From positions 3,265-67,264 of the forward strand of contig DATIKU010000036.1 of assembly GCA_035477215.1 (NCBI GenBank): a stretch of DNA of 64,000 bases, read 5' to 3'. Position numbers and translations under genes: made by a program. Shown here one piece after another: positions 34,769 through 42,975 of this stretch (position 1 is the first letter of the stretch; each line of letters opens with the position of its first letter). A model generated the notes under the pieces. The model made no database searches, was not told where the DNA came from, and worked only from the letters and a program-made list of their open reading frames with translations. This stretch comes from Spirochaetota bacterium (GTDB lineage: Bacteria; Spirochaetota; UBA4802; UBA5368).

Positions 34769-34797
34769 CCCGGCGACGATCATGATCGTCGCCTGGG
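34769..34797. terminator. Hairpin CCCGGCGACGAT-CATG-ATCGTCGCCTGGG between convergent dprA and tupA; same stem sequence as in the 64-bp repeats at 414 and 1244
   Basis: The GCGACGAT...ATCGTCGC stem can be read directly. It lies in the 49-bp gap between stops 34763 (+) and 34813 (-). Confidence 0.5.
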
Positions 34798-34812
34798 AAA
34801 CCGATATGCCGC

Positions 34813-35652
34813 CTATTTCATCGCATCGGGAAAGAAGAGCGGTGATCCGTATTTCGCGATACCGTATTTTTTGATGAGCCTCTGCGCCTCTGCCGACACC
34901 ATGAAGTCAGCGAACGCCTTCGCCCCGGCCGCGTTCACCTTCGGCCATTTCGCCTCGTTCACCTCGATCACATGGTATATGTTCAGGAGGTCCTTGTCTC
35001 CTTCGCGGAGAATGGCGAGCGCAAGCCCTTTCTTCATGGAGAGATAGGTCCCGCGGTCGCTCAGGGTATAGCCGGATTTTTCCGATGCCACCGAGAGCGT
35101 CTGCCCCATGCCGAGGCCCGTTTCATGGAACCACTTCGCGCTTTTCGGGTCCGTCTCCGCCGATTTCCACAGCTTCGTCTCTTTTGCGTGGGTACCCGAA
35201 TTGTCCGCTCGCGAGATATACAGCGATCCGGATGACGCTATTTTCTTCAGCGCATCGACGACGGATCCCGCCCTGTTTATTCCGGCCGGGTCCTTCTTCG
35301 GTCCAACGATAACGTAATCGTTGTGCATGACGATGCGCCTGTTCTTCCCGAACCCCGCGTCCATGAACTTCTTCTCGGCGTCCGGCGAGTGCACCAGCAG
35401 CACATCGGCCTCGCCGCGCTCTCCCATGGCCATCGCCTGCCCCGAGCCCACACCGATGGGCTTTACGAAGTATCCCGTCCTCTTCTGGAAAACGGGAATG
35501 AGCTCGTCGAGCAGCCCCGAATCGAGGGTGCTGGTCGTCGTGGCCAGAATTACCCCTTTATCCTTCCCCTTCTCCTCCGACCACAGGGCCGTAGCCGCCG
35601 CGAACATCGTCACCGCGGCGCACAGCGTTATTATCTTTACTGTACTCCTCAT
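34813..35652 (-). CDS. tupA: Periplasmic tungstate/molybdate-binding protein, TupA-like
   Basis: 279 aa from ATG 35652 (AGGAGG upstream), with a signal peptide. VILATTTSTLDSGLLDELIPVF carries the TTTS motif I associate with the TupA family, then GVGSGQAMAMGERGEADVLLVHSP. No permease or ATPase gene follows. Confidence 0.7.
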   Translation of the reverse strand: MRSTVKIITLCAAVTMFAAATALWSEEKGKDKGVILATTTSTLDSGLLDELIPVFQKRTGYFVKPIGVGSGQAMAMGERGEADVLLVHSPDAEKKFMDAGFGKNRRIVMHNDYVIVGPKKDPAGINRAGSVVDALKKIASSGSLYISRADNSGTHAKETKLWKSAETDPKSAKWFHETGLGMGQTLSVASEKSGYTLSDRGTYLSMKKGLALAILREGDKDLLNIYHVIEVNEAKWPKVNAAGAKAFADFMVSAEAQRLIKKYGIAKYGSPLFFPDAMK

Positions 35653-35808
35653 GGATACCTCCTGATCGGTTATCCTCATACATGTATTACACGCGGCAGT
35701 CAAGCCGCGCCAAGGCGCATACTCGATTCGGTTTCACGCGGAGAATACGCCGGCCAGGAGTCCGCGTTCACCTCGGCGGCCGGGGGTGGGCATTTCGCGA
35801 ACCGCGCG

Positions 35809-36021
35809 TCAGTCGACCGCGAGCATCACATTGGAGGCCTTTATGACCGCGTACACCTCTTTTCCCTGCGCGAGACCAAGCGAATCGGCGGATGTTTTGG
35901 TAATGATGGATACGATCTCAGTGCCCCCGGGAAGCTCCACCACTACTTCCGTGTTGACGGCCCCGTGCGTCAACGCCTTAACTTTGCCTTTGATCATGTT
36001 ACGCGCGCTTATCTTCATCAT
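35809..36021 (-). CDS. mop: Molbindin (Mop), single TOBE-domain molybdate/tungstate-binding protein
   Basis: 70 aa. MKISARNMIKGKVKALTHGAVNTEVVVELPGGTEIVSIITKTSADSLGLAQGKEVYAVIKASNVMLAV is the canonical Mop/TOBE pattern. Confidence 0.85.
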   Translation of the reverse strand: MMKISARNMIKGKVKALTHGAVNTEVVVELPGGTEIVSIITKTSADSLGLAQGKEVYAVIKASNVMLAVD

Positions 36022-36105
36022 GGTGCCTCCTGTATCTTTCGTTAACGCATGACGATAGAATGATATACACGCGCACGTTAGAAATCAACATTCTTTCCGT
36101 TTGCC

Positions 36106-36403
36106 TCAGGAATCCAGCCTGAAGCGTACGGGGAGCCTGATCCGGCGGCGCATGGGGACCCGGTCCTTCGCGAGGGCGGGCCGGAAGCTGATGCCCCGCG
36201 CACAGGCGATCGCCGCCGCGTCGAACTCGCGCCCGGGCGATTTTACGACGCTGCCGAAGAGCACCGTGCCCGCATTCCCGCCGCGTTTCACGCCGGGCAT
36301 CCGTTCGATGTCGGAAAGGTCTGCGCGCTTCCCATCAAAGGTTCAGGGCAAAGGCGGCCGCGTAAAACGTCGCCACCCCGTACATAATGGAGTGAATGTT
36401 CAT
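36106..36403 (-). pseudogene. Mini TonB-like gene split over two frames: 22-aa TM start (MNIHSIMYGVATFYAAAFALNL*) plus TonB C-terminal-domain-like ORF
   Basis: ATG 36403 directly abuts the upstream stop. After 22 hydrophobic codons comes a TGA. The adjacent frame then reads TFDGKRADLSDIERMPGVKRGGNAGTVLFGSVVKSPGREFDAAAIACARGISFRPALAKDRVPMRRRIRLPVRFRLDS*, resembling a shortened TonB_C. No Pro-rich linker is present. Confidence 0.4.
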
Positions 36404-37483
36404 CTATCTGATCTCCTCGATCAGCATGATATGAGAAAGCCCCCACACGTCCCTGTCCACGTAATAATCGTTGACGGGTCCCAGCATGGGACCGGCCGCG
36501 GGTTTCTTGCCGTCCATTTTATCGATGAGCATCATGCCGCGCCCGTCAGCGGTCCTGAATATCTCGGTACCCGAGAGAAGCGAGCGATAGCCGTCGCAGG
36601 CGACGAAGAGAAAGAAATTTTTCGGTCCGCAGCCGGGAAAGTTTTTAACGAGCAGCGAGGCAAGGCTGTAGCCCTCCGCGTTCGAAATCCCCTTGTAACC
36701 CTGACCGTGGCCGGTGCGCACCCAGCCCTTCACCGCCGCGCGCTCGACGCCATCCAGGCGCACGGGTTTCGCCTTTCCGCCCGCAAGTACCGTAAGCGAC
36801 GCGGAGACGCACTTTTCGCCTTTCTTCATTACAGGAAGCAGGGAGTTGTCCACCTCGACCTCGCTGATGGATATGCGTTTGACATCATCGAGATAGCGGC
36901 CGGTATCCGGCTCGGCGGCGCATACCAGCCGCAGCCCTTTGATGTTTTCCCGATGGGCGTTCCATTTATAGGGCTCGTCCTTTTTCGGCTTGCTGGGCAC
37001 GAGCTCTTTGCGGTCAAAAGCGAGTACGACTGGATCCGAATCGTCGGTCATGGTGAGCTCGCCGTAGCTGAAATGCACGCGCCCTCCGTCGGCGTTCTCG
37101 AACGTGACGATCATGTCCAGCGGACGGTCGAAGGCGGCCTTCTCCGGTTTCTTGACGGCCACGCCCTCCAGGATGTGCAGCACCGGTATGCCGGAGTAGC
37201 GGTAGGTCCCCATGAATTTGCCGTCGGGCTCCACCTCGCGCGTGCGGATGTAGGTCGGCGAGAATGCGTTGAGCGCATCGGCGCCGAATGTGTAGACCTT
37301 CTTCGTGAGCCCTGAGACCTCGAGCGTGGTGCCGCTTTTAACGTCCTGCTTCACCGCGAGCGGCGTGGCCCCGGTTACGGCCATGATCTCCATCTGGTTT
37401 TTCGGGAAGACGAGCCGGTAACCGGCGAAAAGCACCAGCGCGCCCGCCGCCACCGCGATCAGGATGATGTGATTTTTTTTCAT
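36404..37483 (-). CDS. Membrane-anchored periplasmic protein with two tandem Oxidored_molyb-like (YedY/sulfite-oxidase-fold-like) domains
   Basis: 359 aa with an N-terminal TM (IILIAVAAGALVLFAGY). Two repeats follow the pattern ...YSGIPVLHILEG...MIVTFENADG...LRLVCAAEPDTGRYLDDVKRISISEV and ...GYSLASLLVKNF...FLFVACDGYRSLLSG...VDRDVWGLSHIMLIEE. Confidence 0.45.
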   Translation of the reverse strand: MKKNHIILIAVAAGALVLFAGYRLVFPKNQMEIMAVTGATPLAVKQDVKSGTTLEVSGLTKKVYTFGADALNAFSPTYIRTREVEPDGKFMGTYRYSGIPVLHILEGVAVKKPEKAAFDRPLDMIVTFENADGGRVHFSYGELTMTDDSDPVVLAFDRKELVPSKPKKDEPYKWNAHRENIKGLRLVCAAEPDTGRYLDDVKRISISEVEVDNSLLPVMKKGEKCVSASLTVLAGGKAKPVRLDGVERAAVKGWVRTGHGQGYKGISNAEGYSLASLLVKNFPGCGPKNFFLFVACDGYRSLLSGTEIFRTADGRGMMLIDKMDGKKPAAGPMLGPVNDYYVDRDVWGLSHIMLIEEIR

Positions 37484-37718
37484 TTGCGTGCCTCGGTCTG
37501 GTTTGAAGTCGGTTAACAGCGAAGTCAGGTATTTTAACCGGCCCGGCGATTAATCGGACCTTCCTCTCTATGAAAAATTCGCACGGGCGGGATTTATCCC
37601 ACCCGTGCGCTTCAGCATACGCTTAGATTATGGACTTACACATTTTAGAACCGCGACCTGGTACCGCATTCTTCTTCGATAAATCTGCCTGACGGTGTTA
37701 TCCACCTATCGAATGCCG

Positions 37719-40070
37719 TTAAAACTCTGCGCTGCCCCCCATGTAGAACATCCTGCCGGGACCGGGGTTAAACGGATCGGCATTGTAATCGTCGAGGACG
37801 TTCTTGCACAGCACATAGATTTCAAACTTTTCCATGATCTTCTGGGAAAGCTTTACGTTGAAGATGAGCGGATCATGAAGCTCAACCGTTTTATAATAAT
37901 CTGTGGAATAATCTCCCGGCGTAGCTACAGCACCCCCTGGATTGGATTGCATTACATAGAATTTCTCATTCATCTTGTAAGTGCCCCAGATATTGAGGCT
38001 CGTGCCAGTGATGAAATCGAAGAGTATCTGCGTCATGAACTGATGCTCGGGACACTCCTGAACCTCCTTGCCTTTGGTCACATAAGAGTCATCATCATCC
38101 CTTGCATTGGTATAGATGTATGACTGTGAAAGAGATACATCTGCGATTTTCATAACATTCTTGATGTTGAAAGACACAGTGTTCTCAACACCCTGCATAG
38201 TCCGACCATCAATATTCGTAACTAAATCTGGGCCACCGGCAGGATCCCGGAATTTTTCAAGCTTATCCCGGAACTGTGTATAAAAATAATCACTCCGGAA
38301 ACTGATAGCCTTATCAAGGAAGAACAATTCAAACCCGATATTATAGTTTATTGATCTTTCAGGTTGTAGTTCCTCAGTGACACTGGCTTTATCATTATCA
38401 GAAATTTGTGAGAGGGACGGAAACTCGACTTTCATCCCCGCGGAACTCCTAACGACAAGAAAGTTTTTCAAAGGTTCATAGATTACACCCGCGACAGGAT
38501 TGATTGAATCGACGGTTCCCCACAGCATGGAATCCTCATCGGGGAGAAGCCCATCCGCATAGGGATCGGTTGACAACGAACGCTTCTTGAAGCGATCGAA
38601 TTTCTGTGCGTCATACGATGCTCCCACGGTTATACCAATATCACCTACTTGCGTATTGAATTTCATTTCATCTTCAATACCAACCGTTATATACGACGCA
38701 TCCATGTCTCTCACTTTATAATAGGAACCCGTTGGGACCAATGCAACCATATCCTGCTGTTCCTTGATAAAATTTTCATTTCTGTAATGAAGCACGGCTG
38801 AAAGCTTGTTCCATGAGGCAAGTTTATAGGTTGGATAGATATAGAACCCGTAACTCGCTTCGTAGTGCTTAGACGGCTTCCATCCATTTGAATAAATCTG
38901 GGTATGTTCAAGATCTCGCCAGTAATAGAGGTTATTCATCTGAGAAACATAGAATATGCTTGCCCGAACCGATAAATCCCCTGACTCAAAATGTATATAC
39001 GGAGAAACATCATATCGATAATCATCGCTCCATTCCCAGGCCCTCTGCTCAAAAATATTAGCAGTTGTCGGGTCAGCTTTCCATTGACCAACGCCACCTG
39101 CGGTAATCTCGTAAGCGTTCAATGCATTGGGATAAAAACCAAGAAAAAGCTGTTTATTTTGATAGTAGCTTGCTGAAACGCCGGCTTCGAGTGAATCGGT
39201 AAAATTATAGCCGGCTTTTCCTGAAACAAAATACTTCCGGTATTCCGTGTGGTCCCACGAATCCCCGCCGTTAATATACGTCCTCAATGCGGCATTCGCG
39301 GCATATATTGTATCATAGTCATAACCTGCACCATACACTTCGCTGTTGGTGAGTTTTTTAAACCACTCCTTTCTTTTATCGGCATCAAGTTTTTTTGATA
39401 CGTTATATCCATCTGAATTCATCATTGATGCCGTCAGCCAGTAGTAGAAATCACCTATTGGCGCACCATGAGAAACGTTAAGCAGGTAATTATTATGCTC
39501 TCCATACTCAGCACTCACATTCGTGTACATCTCTTCAGGTTTTTTAGTGACAACATTGATTGTACCGAACGTACCCCTCGCCCCGTAGAGCGCCGACGAC
39601 ACGCCTCTGTTCACAATGATCTTGGAAGCATTCATAACGGGAATTCGTGATATATCCCCGCCGCCGCCATCATAAATCTCTTCGAATGGCAGGCCATCGA
39701 CCAGAATAACTATTTTACTTTGCCTGAAGCCCCTCAGGGTAAATCCGGCCTGCCCCTTCTGGGTCTGATACACATTCATTCCGGGGACCATCTGCAGCGA
39801 CTGGTCAAGCGTCTTGTCCCCCCTCGCCTTTATGTCCTTCTCCGTTATCTCCGTCGTCGTCGACGCGTCCTCGATGTTCGCGATCGCGCGGTCTTTAACC
39901 ACGATCTCGCCCATCTCGAAGGCCTTCGTCGCCTTCGCTCCTTCCTTTGAATCGGTTGCCTTTTCCTTCGCCACCGCGGCATCCCCATCCACGGATGCGT
40001 CCTGGGCGAAGAGCGGTCCGGCGGCGAACGCCAGCGCCACAACAAAAAGCCAGATGTAGAATTTCTTCAC
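37719..40070 (-). CDS. TonB-dependent outer-membrane receptor
   Basis: 783 aa. GTG start at 40070 (GGAG upstream) and a signal peptide. Plug-domain motifs TEITEKDIKARGDKTLDQSLQMVPGMNV, TLRGFRQSKIVILVDGLP. 22-strand-type beta-barrel composition with a C-terminal ...MGGSAEF. Markedly AT-richer than its neighbours. Confidence 0.9.
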   Translation of the reverse strand: MKKFYIWLFVVALAFAAGPLFAQDASVDGDAAVAKEKATDSKEGAKATKAFEMGEIVVKDRAIANIEDASTTTEITEKDIKARGDKTLDQSLQMVPGMNVYQTQKGQAGFTLRGFRQSKIVILVDGLPFEEIYDGGGGDISRIPVMNASKIIVNRGVSSALYGARGTFGTINVVTKKPEEMYTNVSAEYGEHNNYLLNVSHGAPIGDFYYWLTASMMNSDGYNVSKKLDADKRKEWFKKLTNSEVYGAGYDYDTIYAANAALRTYINGGDSWDHTEYRKYFVSGKAGYNFTDSLEAGVSASYYQNKQLFLGFYPNALNAYEITAGGVGQWKADPTTANIFEQRAWEWSDDYRYDVSPYIHFESGDLSVRASIFYVSQMNNLYYWRDLEHTQIYSNGWKPSKHYEASYGFYIYPTYKLASWNKLSAVLHYRNENFIKEQQDMVALVPTGSYYKVRDMDASYITVGIEDEMKFNTQVGDIGITVGASYDAQKFDRFKKRSLSTDPYADGLLPDEDSMLWGTVDSINPVAGVIYEPLKNFLVVRSSAGMKVEFPSLSQISDNDKASVTEELQPERSINYNIGFELFFLDKAISFRSDYFYTQFRDKLEKFRDPAGGPDLVTNIDGRTMQGVENTVSFNIKNVMKIADVSLSQSYIYTNARDDDDSYVTKGKEVQECPEHQFMTQILFDFITGTSLNIWGTYKMNEKFYVMQSNPGGAVATPGDYSTDYYKTVELHDPLIFNVKLSQKIMEKFEIYVLCKNVLDDYNADPFNPGPGRMFYMGGSAEF

Positions 40071-40225
40071 GGTTTTCTCCGTTCACATGTATGATAACGC
40101 AGGCTGGTAAATCCCTCTCCCGGTTGGAAAGGGCGGCGGGCAGGGAGGTAAAATGAGCGGTTTTACCGGTGGAAACACCCGCATGCCAGGAGCCGTATCA
40201 CACGGATGATTCTGAAAAACCTGCG

Positions 40226-40320
40226 CCGTACCCTTTCCAACGCGGGAGGCCGCTCCGTTTCCGGTTCGACCCTGATGCCCTCGTCTCCATGGCCGGATGC
40301 CTTAGAAAATGAGGGTCGGG
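40226..40320 (-). promoter_or_regulatory. Candidate Moco-type (molybdenum/tungsten cofactor) riboswitch aptamer in the 5' leader of the TonB-dependent receptor
   Basis: The minus strand reads CCCGACCCTC...GAGGGCATCAGGGTCGAACCGGAAACGGAGCGGCCUCCCGCGUUGGAAAGGGUACGG. The GGAAACGG...GCCUCCCG-N4-GGAAAGG core matches what I recall of the E. coli moaA Moco RNA (..CGCCUCCCGUAUCUGGAAAGGUGUAC AUG). The outer helix CCGACCCU/AGGGUACGG is plausible. Confidence 0.5.
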
Positions 40321-40567
40321 ATTACGCTGGAAGTATGCTCAGACATACACCGAAAAAGTCAACCAAATATGTAATATTTTGTTATATACAGTAATATTTT
40401 TCATTTTTTAAAAATATAAATCATTATTATTACCATTATACACCAATTATCCGGGAATATATACACGTAATGTTTTGATTATCACCATATTTACTGAAAA
40501 AATCATGGAGGAGGGAGTCAACCGAGGGTGGTTGCCAAACGGGGTCTTCCAGAAGTACCATTTATTT

Positions 40568-41509
40568 TTACGGCGTCGAATACACGATCTTCCCGGAGTC
40601 GTTGAAGTCGTAGTTACCCAGCGCGGCGACCTTTGCGCGGAAGTCGGTCGAGTTGAGCGCGCCGATGAAGGCCTGCACCCCCTTCTTGAAGAAGGTCTCC
40701 TTGGTGAGCACCATGTCGAAGCTCTCGCGCACGATGGGAGCGAACGGAAGCCCCAGCAGGCGCGACACCGCGACGGTGGCGATTCCCACGTCGGCCTGGC
40801 CGGCGAGTATGGCCAGCCCCGCCTCGAAGTGCGTGTAGACCTCGTTTTCGTAGCCGGTGATGGCCGACGGATCGATGCCGCCTTTCTGTAAATGGTAATC
40901 CAACAGCAGGCGCGTTCCCGAGCCCTTCTGGCGGTTGACGAAGCGCACGCGCCCTCCGGCGAGATCGGCGAAGGCCTGCACGGGCCGTTCGAGCGAAGTA
41001 CCCGAGAGAAACCCCAGCTCGCGATAGAACAGGTGCACCACCGCCACGCCGCGCCCTTCGAGATAGCGCGCGAGATACGGGATGTTGTATTCGCCGCTTT
41101 CCGGATCGAAGAGATGGCACCACGCCATGTCGGTGGCGCCCTCCGCGAGAAGGCGCAGGCCTTCGCTCGAACCGGTCGAGGACGAAAAGATGTTGAAGCC
41201 GTCGCCCTCGTGCTTCATGGTGCCGAGCAGTATGTCGAGCACCGGGTCGTTGCTTCCCGCCGCCAGCAGCGCGTCATCCGTCACGGCGCGCACGCGGTGC
41301 TCGTCCTTCACCCCCTCGAGCGCGTGCGAGCGAATCCACTGGTCGATGAGCTGCCGGGGGAACACCCACTTGCCGGTAACGCGCGTGCAGGGGATCCTGC
41401 CGTCCTTTATAAGCGCGTATACCTGTTTCTCATGGATGCCAAGGTACTCGGCCACCTGCTTGGTGTTCATCATTTCGCCCGGCATATGTCCCTGCCGCGT
41501 CGCCGTCAT
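40568..41509 (-). CDS. Excisionase/MerR-type HTH plus periplasmic-binding-protein-like (ModA-like) domain regulator; resembles tungstate-responsive TunR-type regulators
   Basis: 313 aa. MNTKQVAEYLGIHEKQVYALIKDGRIPCTRVTGKWVFPRQLIDQWI is an HTH_17-like domain. The C-terminal part AAGSNDPVLDIL...SSSTGSSEGLRLLAEGATDMAWCHL...NRQKGSGTR...GQADVGI is a PBP-like anion-binding fold. ATGA overlap with the upstream PAS gene. Confidence 0.65.
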   Translation of the reverse strand: MTATRQGHMPGEMMNTKQVAEYLGIHEKQVYALIKDGRIPCTRVTGKWVFPRQLIDQWIRSHALEGVKDEHRVRAVTDDALLAAGSNDPVLDILLGTMKHEGDGFNIFSSSTGSSEGLRLLAEGATDMAWCHLFDPESGEYNIPYLARYLEGRGVAVVHLFYRELGFLSGTSLERPVQAFADLAGGRVRFVNRQKGSGTRLLLDYHLQKGGIDPSAITGYENEVYTHFEAGLAILAGQADVGIATVAVSRLLGLPFAPIVRESFDMVLTKETFFKKGVQAFIGALNSTDFRAKVAALGNYDFNDSGKIVYSTP

Positions 41510-42912
41510 CGTTTGCTGTGCCGCCGGTATCGCTCGAGCTCCCTGGTGGCCGCTTCCAGCTCGGCCGTGCGCGAAGCGATGCGCTCCTCGAGCTCCTGGT
41601 TGAGGCGCCGTACCTCTTCCTGTGCGCGCCGGTGCTCGGTTACGTCGACCAGGCTGAGAATGAGCCCGCCCACGGCGCCGTCGGCCTCCCTCACCGGCTG
41701 CAGGCTCCAGTCGCAGTAGATCACGTCCTCGCCGGGACGCGGCGAATAGTCGATCGGGTCCATAAAGGCGTAATGCGGCCGCGCTTTCTCAACAACGCCG
41801 CGGAAGGTCGCCCTGTGAGACGGGTTCATGAAAACCTCGAAATGGTTGCGGCCCGGATAAAACTCGGGATCACGGCCGTTAAGCCATGCGTAGGCGTGGT
41901 TGACGCGTATGTAGTTGAAGTCCGTATCGAGATAGGCGATCATCAGGTTGATGTTCGAGAACATTTTTTCAAGGAGCTCGTTGTTCCGCCCGAGGGCCTC
42001 CTCAACGCGCTTTTTCTCGGTGATGTCCTCGGTGGTCGCCAGGAGGCGCGCCGGAAGGCCGTCCGCGTCGCGGTTGAACACCACGTGGCGGCTCCGCAGC
42101 CAACGCCACTCGCCGTTGGCGTGCTTGGCGCGGTACTCGATCTCGGCGATCTCGCTGTCGCCGATCCGGGAGGTCTTGTTCAAATATTCGATCATGCCGG
42201 GCGAGTCGTCCGGATGCACCACGATACCCGCCATGCCAAAGCCTTCATCGCGCATTTGCTCCGTCGTGTAGCCGAGGATCTTCGCAGCCTGGCCGTTCGA
42301 ATAAGCGGTCCTGCGCTTCTTCAAATCGTAGACGTGCAGAATGCTGGGCGTTGTGTCGGCGATGCGCCGAATGAAGTTCCGCGTTACCCGAAGCTCCTTC
42401 TCGTGATGCTTCAGCTCCGCCTCGACAGACGCCAGATCGCTGAGGTCCGTGATCAGTATGCACGCGTGCGTCTCTCCGGCCAGGTTCAGGGGGAAGATGG
42501 ATACGTACGCCGGCACAGTACGCCCGTCGCCGGCACGGAGGTCCAGCTCGATCCTCGCCGCGACGCCGTCGAGTCCCCTGTAGAATAAATCCAGGAAGAC
42601 ATCCATCTCCTCCTGGCTGATGAAATCGTAAAAGTTCGCGCCGGTGATTTTTTCGGGCGGAAAGTCCGTAAGGCGGAGAAAGCCCTGGTTCCAGATGCGG
42701 ACAGTGGCGTCAGTATCGAGCACAACGGCGCCCTCGTTCATCGTGTCGACGATCGCGCGGTATGCGCGGTCGGCCTCGGCCTGCGCGAAAGGGGCCGGGA
42801 CACGCCGGGCCGACGCGGTCTTCCCCTTCGTGCCGGCGCCGCCTGCGTTCGGCTCAATCCGTTTTTCGCTCCCAGGGTCGGACCGCCAGGTCGTTTTCGG
42901 CTTTCTGCTCAT
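41506..42912 (-). CDS. PAS-domain sensor protein (three PAS/PAC-like modules) lacking any recognisable output domain
   Basis: 468 aa. YRAIVDTMNEGAVVLDTDATVRIWNQGF..., RRIADTTPSILHVYDLKKRRTAYSNGQAAKILGYT...GEWRWLRSRHVVFNRDADG, LEKMFSNINLMIAYLDTDFNYIRVNHAYA.... Ends in the coiled coil EEVRRLNQELEERIASRTAELEAATRELE, where a HisKA domain would normally begin. Confidence 0.7.
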   Translation of the reverse strand: MSRKPKTTWRSDPGSEKRIEPNAGGAGTKGKTASARRVPAPFAQAEADRAYRAIVDTMNEGAVVLDTDATVRIWNQGFLRLTDFPPEKITGANFYDFISQEEMDVFLDLFYRGLDGVAARIELDLRAGDGRTVPAYVSIFPLNLAGETHACILITDLSDLASVEAELKHHEKELRVTRNFIRRIADTTPSILHVYDLKKRRTAYSNGQAAKILGYTTEQMRDEGFGMAGIVVHPDDSPGMIEYLNKTSRIGDSEIAEIEYRAKHANGEWRWLRSRHVVFNRDADGLPARLLATTEDITEKKRVEEALGRNNELLEKMFSNINLMIAYLDTDFNYIRVNHAYAWLNGRDPEFYPGRNHFEVFMNPSHRATFRGVVEKARPHYAFMDPIDYSPRPGEDVIYCDWSLQPVREADGAVGGLILSLVDVTEHRRAQEEVRRLNQELEERIASRTAELEAATRELERYRRHSKR

Positions 42913-42975
42913 CAGGGAGATAGTACACCCGTGGGGGCCGGGCCTGTCAATATTAATTACCCGGGCGAGGGAGGG

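Noticed and set aside
40071-40567. Cobalamin riboswitch upstream of the TonB-dependent receptor (the usual btuB arrangement)
   Set aside because: I could not find the B12-box-like GCCACUG core or the AA-GGGAA / GGUGAAAAUCC-type elements. The GGAAACGG...GCCUCCCG...GGAAAGG string and the W/Mo gene context fit the Moco class better.
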